From positions 1 to 48,662 of the IMG/VR virus record IMGVR_UViG_3300044724_004748: 48,662 nucleotides of DNA, one strand, 5' to 3'. Shown here in pieces: positions 1 to 8,002 of this stretch. Position 1 is the first letter of the stretch. The number at the start of each line of letters is the position of its first letter. The translations under genes and the position numbers were made by a program. The stretch comes from a virus. Lineage: Duplodnaviria > Caudoviricetes. A model generated the notes under the pieces. It saw only the letters and a list, made by a program, of their open reading frames with translations, did not search any database and was not told where the DNA came from.

Positions 1-3000
1 AACGGCGTAGACAACGTAAGCCACTCATCAAACGCCGCAGCCATCTCCGGAGAAGACAACAACGAAGCCGCAGCCTGAGGATCCTTACCGGCCTTAGCCA
101 AAAGGAAATCAACCCTATGGAAACCCTCGTGGATAATAATGTCATCTACCCACGCCTGCGAAGGACGGAAAAACGCATCAAACTCTTCAGGAGAAGTAGC
201 ACCAGCCTTAGCAAGACGGGTAGCTAAATCTTTCTGATTAATGTTGAAAGACGCATCTTTCCAATCCAAAGCAGCCGGATGAATATAGATCACACCGCCC
301 TGCCCATGAACATACTTGCCGCCACCGTAAGGTGCATCGAAAGAAACAAGAACTCTCTCAGGACGAACTTCAGGGCTTAACTTGTCTGTAGCGGCATGAA
401 TTTGCGCAACAATACTTGGATGATCTACCTGCAGATAAGACGGCCAACCGTCGGAAGAACTAGTGTGAGCAACGACAGCTATGTCTTTACCTTTATCAAG
501 ATCAGCAGCTTCTTGAAGCAGAATTTCAATCTCGTTCTTTAAGAAAGCGATAGCGTCAGGATAAGCGTCAGGATCTGCTTCTAACTCAAGTAGCAAATCA
601 CGGCGAGATTTCAACCCGGCTCTAACTTCCATTGTTTTAGCCGTGGAGACAAACTTTCCAGGCAGCTCTCCTGCTCTGGCAGTTAGGAGCTTTGCGGTGC
701 CTCCTGTTTCTGGAAGGTCTGTTCCGGTGGCGGCGGCTGCACGGTTTAAAGCTGATCTGGTTGCTTGTTCAATGTTTTCTTCAACGAATGCGGATGTTGG
801 TAGGAATTGTCCGGAGTAGCTTTCTATGCGTTGCTGAACTTCAGCGGGTATGGCTACGTCTAGGATGTCTCGTATGCCCTCTGATGCTGATTCGATTTCG
901 CTGGTGTGAAACCCGCCGAACGTCATGGTTTCTATGTATCCGGCAGAGTGGCTAAATCCTCCAAAAGTAAAATCAGATATTTTTGTGTGACCGTGCAAGC
1001 CACGAGAAGCCATTGCAAGCTCTCTGTCAATATCGCCTGCCTTCCGTGCTGCATCCAACTCAGCGGTAGCACCACGGCTGCGGCCTAACACGGCGGGATC
1101 AACTCCCATAACAGCAGCTACAAAAAAATTACCAAGAGTATGTTTTGTTGGCCCTGGAGACCCACCATCAAAAGAACCTTCTGAGAACTCACTAGTAAAT
1201 GTACCACGCCCAAAAAGAGCGTTCCGAAGCTGCTGATCAGACAAAGGAGAACCATCAGGATTCTGCATGAGAGATGTCATCGCCATCTCATTAAAACTGT
1301 CTCCTTCTGTAAAACGGCTTTTAGCGTTCACAGAAGGCTTCAAAACAACAACGTCATCAGCGTAAGCCTCAATACCTACTGATGCTTGCGAAATCCGAGC
1401 GTTTTCAAAAAACGCATGTTGCTCAGGAGTTGCATTAGCAGGATCGTAAGGTACACCAAATTCTTCGACATATTTCTCTTCAGCCTCACGTCGGGCTGCT
1501 CTCATTCTAGCCCCAGGAATTAAAAACCCTGAAGATAGGGCAAGATCAGCTCGTGTGGCTTCATCGGCAGGCATTTGAAGCATACCTGTTTCATAAACAA
1601 CACGAGCAGCATCGTAATCGTCACTACGAGAAGCTGAAAGCTTTGAGTGTGTAGTAAGATACCGCCCCTGCCTTTTTAACCCCGCAGCAGCCTCAGGTTT
1701 TATCATAACGCCAATACGAGTATCGGGATCTTCCATTACTTCTCTAGCATAATTTAAAACAAGAGTTTCAACTTCTTCAGGACTCATGGCTTCAACAGCT
1801 CTTACCCGTTCAGCAACTATAGCCCTAATTTCTTCACTGAATGAATTTGGTAGAATCCTATCAGTCTCTGCAATAAAGTCTCTAGTTAAACGTGCCACAT
1901 CCTCAGAAGTAACATCTTTTGGAATCTGATTACCAACACCAAATCTGCCATTATCTCTTTTCAAATAGACGTTCTTACCAGCACGGGTGAGTCTAGTTAC
2001 TTTATATGCAGCTTCTCCGATCTCCGTATCTAAATCACGGACAGTATCGTCATAAAAATCATAGCTATACCTTGCAGCTGTTTCCATTCTATCTAAATGA
2101 TAGGAAAGCGCCGGATCGGTTCTAGCCGCCTCCATAGCTTCTTCCCAACTAGAAAAACCAACTCGTTGCGCCAACTCTGTCCGTGTCACATACTTAGGAG
2201 GATCTGTCAACAACTTCCTACGATAATTTAACTCCAGTCGCAACTGAACCGTTTCCCTATGAGTTGACTCATTTTTATTAGCAAGCCCAGCAGCGTAAAC
2301 AAACAACTTCTTTAAATCTAAATCCTCAGGAAGGTCTCGTTCATCTATAAACTTAGTATTACGAACAAGTTCAGCAACCGCCTCAAGAACCTCGTCAGGA
2401 ACGTCGTCTACAGAAGCATACAAATTATTAACAACACCGCCCTCGTCCGGAAACGAAAAACCAGTTATTGCTGCAAGTTTATCAGCAAACGCCTCACGCT
2501 CAAGAACCTCAGCAAGCATCTCCTCATACTCACGCCTATCACGAGTAGAAATAGTATCAATTTTTAATTCCTGATCAAACCTGCTACCCCCAATCTCAAA
2601 TTTACTTCTCGTAGCATATATTCGCTCTCCACCAGAATCGTAATACCCTGGATGATCAGCAACATTCTGGCGACGAATTCTAAGAATATCCTCCACATCT
2701 TCCGCAACCAAAACATCAATAGAAGAAGACTCAGGAACATCAGCAACCTCAGCAGCCTCGTCTAAAGCTTTATCCAACGCTTCGACCTGCGCAACAATCT
2801 GATCCACCCTCTCTTCCTGCACATCAGCTTCGACCGCCTCCTCCATAGAAGGAACAATACGCTCTTCCTCATAACGACGTTCATTATCACGCTTTTTGCG
2901 GCCCCACCGATCACGAACCCTTAATATAGAACGCTTAGCTGCCGCATCCTCATCAGCAGAAACACTCGGCGGGCGAACCTGTTCCTCAGGCCGAATCCGT

Positions 3001-3566
3001 GGCGGAGGAGGCGGCGTTTCCTGCACAACCGGGCTATCTTTGGGAATATTCTCAAATGGATCAGGAGGAACTTCACGAGGCGGAGGCGGCTTCGGAGGAG
3101 AATCCAACGTGCCACGAGACTCACCCAAAGTAGGCCGTGGAGGCGGCGGAGGCGGTGAAGGGCGCGTAGCTTCCGCAATAGAAGTAGGACGAGGAGGCGG
3201 AGGAGCCACACCAACAGTGCCCTCAGATTCCCTCAGCGTCGGTTTCGGACGAGGCGGAGGCGGCGCAATCGTCCCAACCCGATCACCAATAGTGCCAGCC
3301 CGATCACCAATCACGCCAGCCTGCGCCCCAACAGACGAAGAATCAAACCTAAAACCATCACCCGGCTCATAAACACGCCCATTATAAACAATACGAACAT
3401 CGCTACGAAGAGGTGCTCGACCAGTCTGATCCCAAACACGGCCCGTCAAATAAATAATGTCAGCACCCTTAGGGCGCTCCCAAATCGTGCCCTCCTGCAC
3501 AATCTGGTCAAGGTCAGCGTCACGAGGAGACGGATTAAAAGGTACAACCCTAGGTGCTCTAGCCAT
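1..3566 (-). CDS. Giant (>1188 aa, runs off window start) putative virion polyvalent protein: N-terminal DADLDQIVQEGTIWERP motif, Pro-rich linker, DUF3626-like domain
   Basis: Absent from the ORF track because no stop lies in the window. Manual translation from ATG 3566 (MARAPRVVPFNPSPRDADLDQIVQEGTIWERP...) found no stop in the long stretches read, and the same frame is open at base 1 (...EMAAAFDEWLTLSTP). PPPP repeats at ~2990-3270. GRYLTTHS / VVLKPSVNAKSRFTEGDS / YIETMTFGG motifs at ~1670-900. TATAAT lies 7 nt upstream. Confidence 0.85.
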   Translation of the reverse strand, partial: MARAPRVVPFNPSPRDADLDQIVQEGTIWERPKGADIIYLTGRVWDQTGRAPLRSDVRIVYNGRVYEPGDGFRFDSSSVGAQAGVIGDRAGTIGDRVGTIAPPPPRPKPTLRESEGTVGVAPPPPRPTSIAEATRPSPPPPPPRPTLGESRGTLDSPPKPPPPREVPPDPFENIPKDSPVVQETPPPPPRIRPEEQVRPPSVSADEDAAAKRSILRVRDRWGRKKRDNERRYEEERIVPSMEEAVEADVQEERVDQIVAQVEALDKALDEAAEVADVPESSSIDVLVAEDVEDILRIRRQNVADHPGYYDSGGERIYATRSKFEIGGSRFDQELKIDTISTRDRREYEEMLAEVLEREAFADKLAAITGFSFPDEGGVVNNLYASVDDVPDEVLEAVAELVRNTKFIDERDLPEDLDLKKLFVYAAGLANKNESTHRETVQLRLELNYRRKLLTDPPKYVTRTELAQRVGFSSWEEAMEAARTDPALSYHLDRMETAARYSYDFYDDTVRDLDTEIGEAAYKVTRLTRAGKNVYLKRDNGRFGVGNQIPKDVTSEDVARLTRDFIAETDRILPNSFSEEIRAIVAERVRAVEAMSPEEVETLVLNYAREVMEDPDTRIGVMIKPEAAAGLKRQGRYLTTHSKLSASRSDDYDAARVVYETGMLQMPADEATRADLALSSGFLIPGARMRAARREAEEKYVEEFGVPYDPANATPEQHAFFENARISQASVGIEAYADDVVVLKPSVNAKSRFTEGDSFNEMAMTSLMQNPDGSPLSDQQLRNALFGRGTFTSEFSEGSFDGGSPGPTKHTLGNFFVAAVMGVDPAVLGRSRGATAELDAARKAGDIDRELAMASRGLHGHTKISDFTFGGFSHSAGYIETMTFGGFHTSEIESASEGIRDILDVAIPAEVQQRIESYSGQFLPTSAFVEENIEQATRSALNRAAAATGTDLPETGGTAKLLTARAGELPGKFVSTAKTMEVRAGLKSRRDLLLELEADPDAYPDAIAFLKNEIEILLQEAADLDKGKDIAVVAHTSSSDGWPSYLQVDHPSIVAQIHAATDKLSPEVRPERVLVSFDAPYGGGKYVHGQGGVIYIHPAALDWKDASFNINQKDLATRLAKAGATSPEEFDAFFRPSQAWVDDIIIHEGFHRVDFLLAKAGKDPQAAASLLSSPEMAAAFDEWLTLSTP

Positions 3567-3579
3567 AATCTCTATTATA
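3567..3579 (-). promoter_or_regulatory. Leaderless -10 box (TATAAT, 7 nt before ATG 3566)
   Basis: Minus strand reads GGGG-TATAAT-AGAGATT-ATG, with no SD sequence. Confidence 0.6.
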
Positions 3580-3608
3580 CCCCCACGCCACAGCCACAAC
3601 CACAAACA

Positions 3609-4481
3609 CTAAGCAGACGGCGTGACCTCTAACGAACTCGCAGAATACGCACCAGTACCACCATCATTCAACGCAGCAACACGGAACTTGTAACCAGTAC
3701 CATTCGCCAAACCAGTCACACGATAAAAACCCTCAACCGAATCAGTATCAGCAACAACAGTAGACCACGTAGAACCATCGTCAGTGCTCTGCTGAATAGT
3801 GTAACCAGAAATATCGTAAATGCCACCATTCCACGTGGACTCAACCCAAGACAACGTAGCTTCAGTATCGCCCACCACAGCCACAACATTCAAAGGAGCG
3901 TTCGGGGTCACAGCAATACGACTCAAAGTATGATCAGTGCTCTGAACTGTCCCCAAAGCATCATGCGTGATCGTTTCTTCCAACGCAAGCTCATAGCTGA
4001 TAAAAGCACCCGCAAGCAAACGTTCGCCCTTAATCAAAGACAACTCAGAAAACTGTTCCTCCATAGACGCTTCATCTATCTTAGGAGAACACGGAACTGT
4101 AGAGTCGTATGCTGACAGCGAAGGACCATCCATCAACGCTTCACGAACAACCGTCGTTAAGTTATCTCGCTGGTCTGTAACAATTTGAGGGCCAGCGTCT
4201 CTAACCCAAACATAGGTACGCATCTCATACGTCACTCTAATGTCCGGGTCAGACGCAGAAGTATACCCCTGCCGTTCAATAGCCTGCGTGCTCATCACAA
4301 CAGTAATAATTGTGGGCCAACGATCTAACTGGAATGGTTCGTGGCTAGCGTACAGCCTAGGTTCAGGCAGTTGACTTGCGCTCAGGTTCCAGTGGTTCCT
4401 GTAAGCAACCAGCCTAGAAGGTAAATCTGCTGCTAAATAATTTGACACGAACTGTTTCGCCATCCGGCTACCGCTCATCAT
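3609..4481 (-). CDS. Tail terminator/completion-like protein with C-terminal fibronectin type III domain
   Basis: Follows the adaptor and virion-morphogenesis genes. The C-terminus PNAPLNV...ATLSW...GYTIQ...VTGLANGTGYKFRVAALNDGGTG is a canonical Fn3 signature. Confidence 0.65.
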   Translation of the reverse strand: MMSGSRMAKQFVSNYLAADLPSRLVAYRNHWNLSASQLPEPRLYASHEPFQLDRWPTIITVVMSTQAIERQGYTSASDPDIRVTYEMRTYVWVRDAGPQIVTDQRDNLTTVVREALMDGPSLSAYDSTVPCSPKIDEASMEEQFSELSLIKGERLLAGAFISYELALEETITHDALGTVQSTDHTLSRIAVTPNAPLNVVAVVGDTEATLSWVESTWNGGIYDISGYTIQQSTDDGSTWSTVVADTDSVEGFYRVTGLANGTGYKFRVAALNDGGTGAYSASSLEVTPSA

Positions 4482-4495
4482 AATACATAACCTCT

Positions 4496-5119
4496 TTAAC
4501 GATCTCTAGTTAACTTACCGCCATCAATATAGCTTGCTTCATCGAAAGATGTTTTTAGCCACCCGATAGGTACGCTGCCTCGCAAACCAGACTTTTTAAC
4601 AAATGTGTAAACCTGCCCAGGACGCTTATATCCGTATATGATTCTTTCCATAGCTAAAGCCCCAACTGTAAGTTTAAGGGACTTAGGATACATGTGAGTA
4701 ATAACACCTACTGGCCCTACGAAGTCAAACGGAATAAGTACACGCTGCGGAACACCGTCACCAAACTGGTGATTCCTTGCGTATTCAATATCTGTACCAA
4801 ACTGCATGCGGAACCTACCAGAACGTCTAACCGCTCCCCGTGAATTGTCTTTTGTTAAAGAATCCCGCAGCGCTCCAGTTCTAACCAAAACACCTTTCCT
4901 ACCATAACCTTCAGATGTTTTCCAAGCAACTGTTCTAGGCTCTAGAGGTTTCCACGTCCCATACGCATTCGTTTTAAACCGGTTACGCATATCTGCTTGA
5001 AGCTTTTTCTGAGTCCACTGAAAAACATTATTAAAACCAGCAGCACCCCTACGCTTCATCGCAGTCAAGTGCTTAAGCGTAGAATAAGGTTTTACCTTAA
5101 CCTTTACTTTTTTAATCAT
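4496..5119 (-). CDS. Phage virion morphogenesis / tail completion protein (Mu gpG-like)
   Basis: WKPLEPRT...LVRTGALRDSL...FGTDIEYARNHQFG...PQR motifs. ATG at 5119 preferred as start. Confidence 0.75.
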   Translation of the reverse strand: MIKKVKVKVKPYSTLKHLTAMKRRGAAGFNNVFQWTQKKLQADMRNRFKTNAYGTWKPLEPRTVAWKTSEGYGRKGVLVRTGALRDSLTKDNSRGAVRRSGRFRMQFGTDIEYARNHQFGDGVPQRVLIPFDFVGPVGVITHMYPKSLKLTVGALAMERIIYGYKRPGQVYTFVKKSGLRGSVPIGWLKTSFDEASYIDGGKLTRDR

Positions 5120-5120
5120 C

Positions 5121-5762
5121 CTAGGCAACCCTTACACGGCGATACTTACGAAGAGTAAACAACTCCCTATCAGAAAAACCAGTCTCCAAAGGCGCAACAT
5201 TCCTCGTCGTCAAATCCTTCAAACCAACCACATCATCATGCATATTCTGCATCTCACGAGTAGCCGCACGCAACATCAAAATCTTAAACGCCTTAATGTT
5301 CGGACCATCCAAACCCGCCGTATACGTCACCTCAATACGATCATTCGCAAACGCATTAAACAAATCAATACCATAATCACGAGTCACATAATCACGCTCC
5401 GCAACCTGAGCCGTCGCCGTAGCAGAAGCAGAAGCAGGCGTAATCGAAACAGAAGACACCGAAACAACCGGACTATTATCCAAATACAACGTATACATAG
5501 GCGTATAAATGATGCCAGGAGAAGTCAACGTGGAAGCCGGATCGGTAGTGTAATTGTAATAATACTGCTGGTTTACAACACCCCTACCCACATCAGGAAC
5601 ACGATACGTTTCCGTAAACTCTGTCTGTTCAACAGGGCGACGCAAATACGCTTCTAACTCAGACTGCAAGCCTTCAATGATAAACTCGGCGGCGTCTTCC
5701 TGCGTGTTAGTAAGCGTAATGTCCATGTATGTGGTGATATCAGAGACTGTAATAAGAGCCAT
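5121..5762 (-). CDS. Head-tail adaptor/connector protein (HK97 gp6 / SPP1 gp15-like)
   Basis: Helical N-terminus ending ELEAYLRR, IEVTYTAG motif, C-terminal LRKYRR. Position is typical of neck genes. Confidence 0.7.
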   Translation of the reverse strand: MALITVSDITTYMDITLTNTQEDAAEFIIEGLQSELEAYLRRPVEQTEFTETYRVPDVGRGVVNQQYYYNYTTDPASTLTSPGIIYTPMYTLYLDNSPVVSVSSVSITPASASATATAQVAERDYVTRDYGIDLFNAFANDRIEVTYTAGLDGPNIKAFKILMLRAATREMQNMHDDVVGLKDLTTRNVAPLETGFSDRELFTLRKYRRVRVA

Positions 5763-5777
5763 TTTTGCCTACTCCCT

Positions 5778-6122
5778 CTAGAACGGTTCGCCAACATTTT
5801 TACGAGCTTTTTTTGCGGCTCTTTCAGCTTTCTGACGCTGTTTAAGCTTCGCAATAAATTTTGCGACATCTTTTCTCGTCCCAGATCTAAGCTCATTTAA
5901 CGTAGCAGTAGTTAAATTTCCCCCTCGATAGTTGTTCTCACTCCTAAATTTGTCACGAGCAGCTTGCATCTTTTCGGCATTTTTTAAAACCGATTGCTGA
6001 GATTTTGTCAGCTTCTCGCGCTTTTTCAGTATACGGATAATCGTTTTAAGCTGGCCGTCAGTTTTACTTTCCAGCGCATCGTCAGGTTTAACTTTACCGA
6101 CACCATCAATAGGTACAGCCAT
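5778..6122 (-). CDS. Basic hypothetical protein
   Basis: Lys/Arg-rich ORF with ATG at 6122, in tandem with neighbours. Confidence 0.55.
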   Translation of the reverse strand: MAVPIDGVGKVKPDDALESKTDGQLKTIIRILKKREKLTKSQQSVLKNAEKMQAARDKFRSENNYRGGNLTTATLNELRSGTRKDVAKFIAKLKQRQKAERAAKKARKNVGEPF

Positions 6123-6187
6123 ACCAACCCCAATCAAAAAAAAACAATACTGATACTATGATACCGTATTCGACAACAGCATTAATC

Positions 6188-6658
6188 CTAATCTGCCATT
6201 TGCTTCAAAAAGCTCCCGTCCAAAAGCATCAAACCAATCGTGGAGTAGCCAACAATGTCTAGATAAGTGTCTTCCACCGCTTCATTCTCTGGCAGACGGC
6301 CAGAATCCAGCAGATTCTCCAAACGTGCAACCTTGTCGTGGAGGCGTACAATCAGACCCCGGTGCCCGAACCTAAGAATGTTTTCGGAACCATAATCTCG
6401 TTGCTTATTGCATAGCGTCCGCCACACAAAGTCCTTGTCTAGCGAAATGTCAGCGTGCTTGGTCATTACTGCTAACTGAAACCACACTTCAGGATCAACC
6501 AGCTCCTTATTGCCTACAAAATAAGTCTCAATAAGCGAATCAATATACTCCCGAATGTCTTCAACCGTAGTCACCTGGACCGACTCGGCCTCCCACACGC
6601 TGTCAATATGTGTCAACGCATGATCTTCCCACGTAAGCAAATCGTCAATTACCTTCAT
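6188..6658 (-). CDS. DUF1599 / nucleotide-modification-associated domain 1 protein
   Basis: KQRDYG...GLIVRLHDKVARLENL...EAVEDTYLDIVGY motif set. Confidence 0.75.
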   Translation of the reverse strand: MKVIDDLLTWEDHALTHIDSVWEAESVQVTTVEDIREYIDSLIETYFVGNKELVDPEVWFQLAVMTKHADISLDKDFVWRTLCNKQRDYGSENILRFGHRGLIVRLHDKVARLENLLDSGRLPENEAVEDTYLDIVGYSTIGLMLLDGSFLKQMAD

Positions 6659-6975
6659 GACTTCGCACCCTTCGACATGCTCAGCTTAAGTGAAAACAGA
6701 ATCCAGAGAATAGATGAAACTAGAAAGGCGTCAGTATAACCAATGCCGGGTCGGAACGCCATCAAGTTAGGCCACGCAGAATTAGCAATGCTGTTCAAAA
6801 ACATCAGACCCAAAGCGCCCGTGCCTGCAAGAAAAGCAAAACCAAAAATGCTCTGCAAAACCGTGATAAGCACTGCCTGCTTGACTACCTGCTGAACGTT
6901 CTCTTCTAACTCTGTCGAAAGCTTTCCGGTGAACCGGCTCCAATCTTCAGCACCTTGTCTATTTACCATTTTCAT
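6655..6975 (-). CDS. Membrane protein (two hydrophobic segments)
   Basis: Hydrophobic stretches AVLITVLQSIFGFAFLAGTGALGLMFL and AFLVSSILWILFSL. Overlaps both neighbours. Confidence 0.6.
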   Translation of the reverse strand: MKMVNRQGAEDWSRFTGKLSTELEENVQQVVKQAVLITVLQSIFGFAFLAGTGALGLMFLNSIANSAWPNLMAFRPGIGYTDAFLVSSILWILFSLKLSMSKGAKS

Positions 6976-7348
6976 ATTCCTTTACTATCTGGTGAACCCG
7001 CTGACGGGACAACCTATACCGAGCACCGATCTTAGCTAACGTCTCGCCGTTAGAATACTCGCTATAAATCTGACTGTTTCTTTCTGCAATAAAATCCTTT
7101 GACTTCGGTCCCGGTCTGACAGGACCCCAAGTCCAAGAAGAAAGACTTTCTAACAACTGAATCCGGTTAGCCGTCAATGCGTTCTGCTTGTATCTCGTCC
7201 GCATGTAACTAACCCAATTACCTAAACTAATACATTCCCCCGAGTCTAAAAACTCTACATGATCTGTAGGCACAATAGCGTCACCATAGCGTTTCTCATA
7301 TGCGCATAGTGCCTCGTAATGCTTATGCCATCGCTGTTCATGCCTCAT
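6959..7348 (-). CDS. Helicase-associated (HA) domain fused to a sigma70 region-4-like HTH
   Basis: WHKHYEAL...VP...LGNWVSYMRTRYKQNALTANRIQLLESL..W.W is an HA-domain signature. GETLAKIGARYRLSRQRVHQI is an HTH. Confidence 0.75.
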   Translation of the reverse strand: MRHEQRWHKHYEALCAYEKRYGDAIVPTDHVEFLDSGECISLGNWVSYMRTRYKQNALTANRIQLLESLSSWTWGPVRPGPKSKDFIAERNSQIYSEYSNGETLAKIGARYRLSRQRVHQIVKEYENGK

Positions 7349-7383
7349 AGTGGTATCTTAGTAAAGCCCTACCACCATGTCAA
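7349..7383 (-). promoter_or_regulatory. Leaderless sigma70-type promoter
   Basis: TTGACA-17-TAAGAT-6nt-ATG(7348). Confidence 0.75.
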
Positions 7384-7397
7384 GTAAACCCTATAAA

Positions 7398-7802
7398 CTA
7401 GCTATGCGAATCATCCGGGAACCCGTTGGGTCGTGGCTTATACAGATTGGCGTTCGCTACTTCACCAGCCAAAGACTTAATAGTCTTGTATGCTTCTTGA
7501 CTGCCAACCCGCTCAGACCAATCCACGATGTCTTCCCCAACAAACATCTCAATAGCTTCCCAACACCTAATAAAATTAGCTCTCTTGTTGGCGGGTATGT
7601 TATCTAACAGTTCATCAAAATTGTTAGAAAGATTACGTTCAGGCATCAAACCAACAAAGACTGCAATCGCTGCAGGCAAAGAAAGCCGCTTCTCATCATC
7701 AATCGGAACAGTCTCCGCTAAGCCATGCTTACAACAAGCCGCAACCAGAAGCAACTCATGCTGCACACCATTAAGCCTCAAATCTCTCAAAGAAAAAGCC
7801 AT
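7398..7802 (-). CDS. Hypothetical protein (start revised to ATG 7802)
   Basis: TTGACT-18-TATGAT-6nt-ATG. The longer track ORF runs through a terminator. Confidence 0.65.
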   Translation of the reverse strand: MAFSLRDLRLNGVQHELLLVAACCKHGLAETVPIDDEKRLSLPAAIAVFVGLMPERNLSNNFDELLDNIPANKRANFIRCWEAIEMFVGEDIVDWSERVGSQEAYKTIKSLAGEVANANLYKPRPNGFPDDSHS

Positions 7803-7818
7803 ATGCATATCATAACGT

Positions 7819-7854
7819 AAAAAGCGGGGTTCAGTCAAACTGACCAAACCCCGC
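7819..7854 (-). terminator. Intrinsic terminator
   Basis: GCGGGGTTTGGTCAG-TT-TGACTGAACCCCGC followed by TTTTT on the minus strand. Confidence 0.75.
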
Positions 7855-7942
7855 CCTAGACGTGCGATTGCTTTTACGGCTACCGGCACGTTAGCCGATA
7901 ATCACAATCTCCTCCTTCGGGGTTAGTCAAATTTGCCGGTAC
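7819..7942 (-). ncRNA. Putative ~125-nt structured small RNA / attenuator carrying a 4-codon minigene
   Basis: -10-like TAAAGT (7949-7954) precedes a TACCGGCA/TGCCGGTA stem. Contains AAGGAGGAG + GTG ATT ATC GGC TAA and ends in the terminator. Confidence 0.45.
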
Positions 7943-8002
7943 ACAAATACTTTAACTTCCCAAATTACGCCAGATTGCAACTTTGCGTATTATAATATCC
8001 CG

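Noticed and set aside
692-3372. Short ORFs listed in the track over the first 3.4 kb
   Set aside because: They are shadow or alternative frames of the giant minus-strand gene 1-3566.
7803-7889. N-terminal extension of ORF 7398-7889 in the track
   Set aside because: It crosses a terminator, and a leaderless promoter points to ATG 7802.
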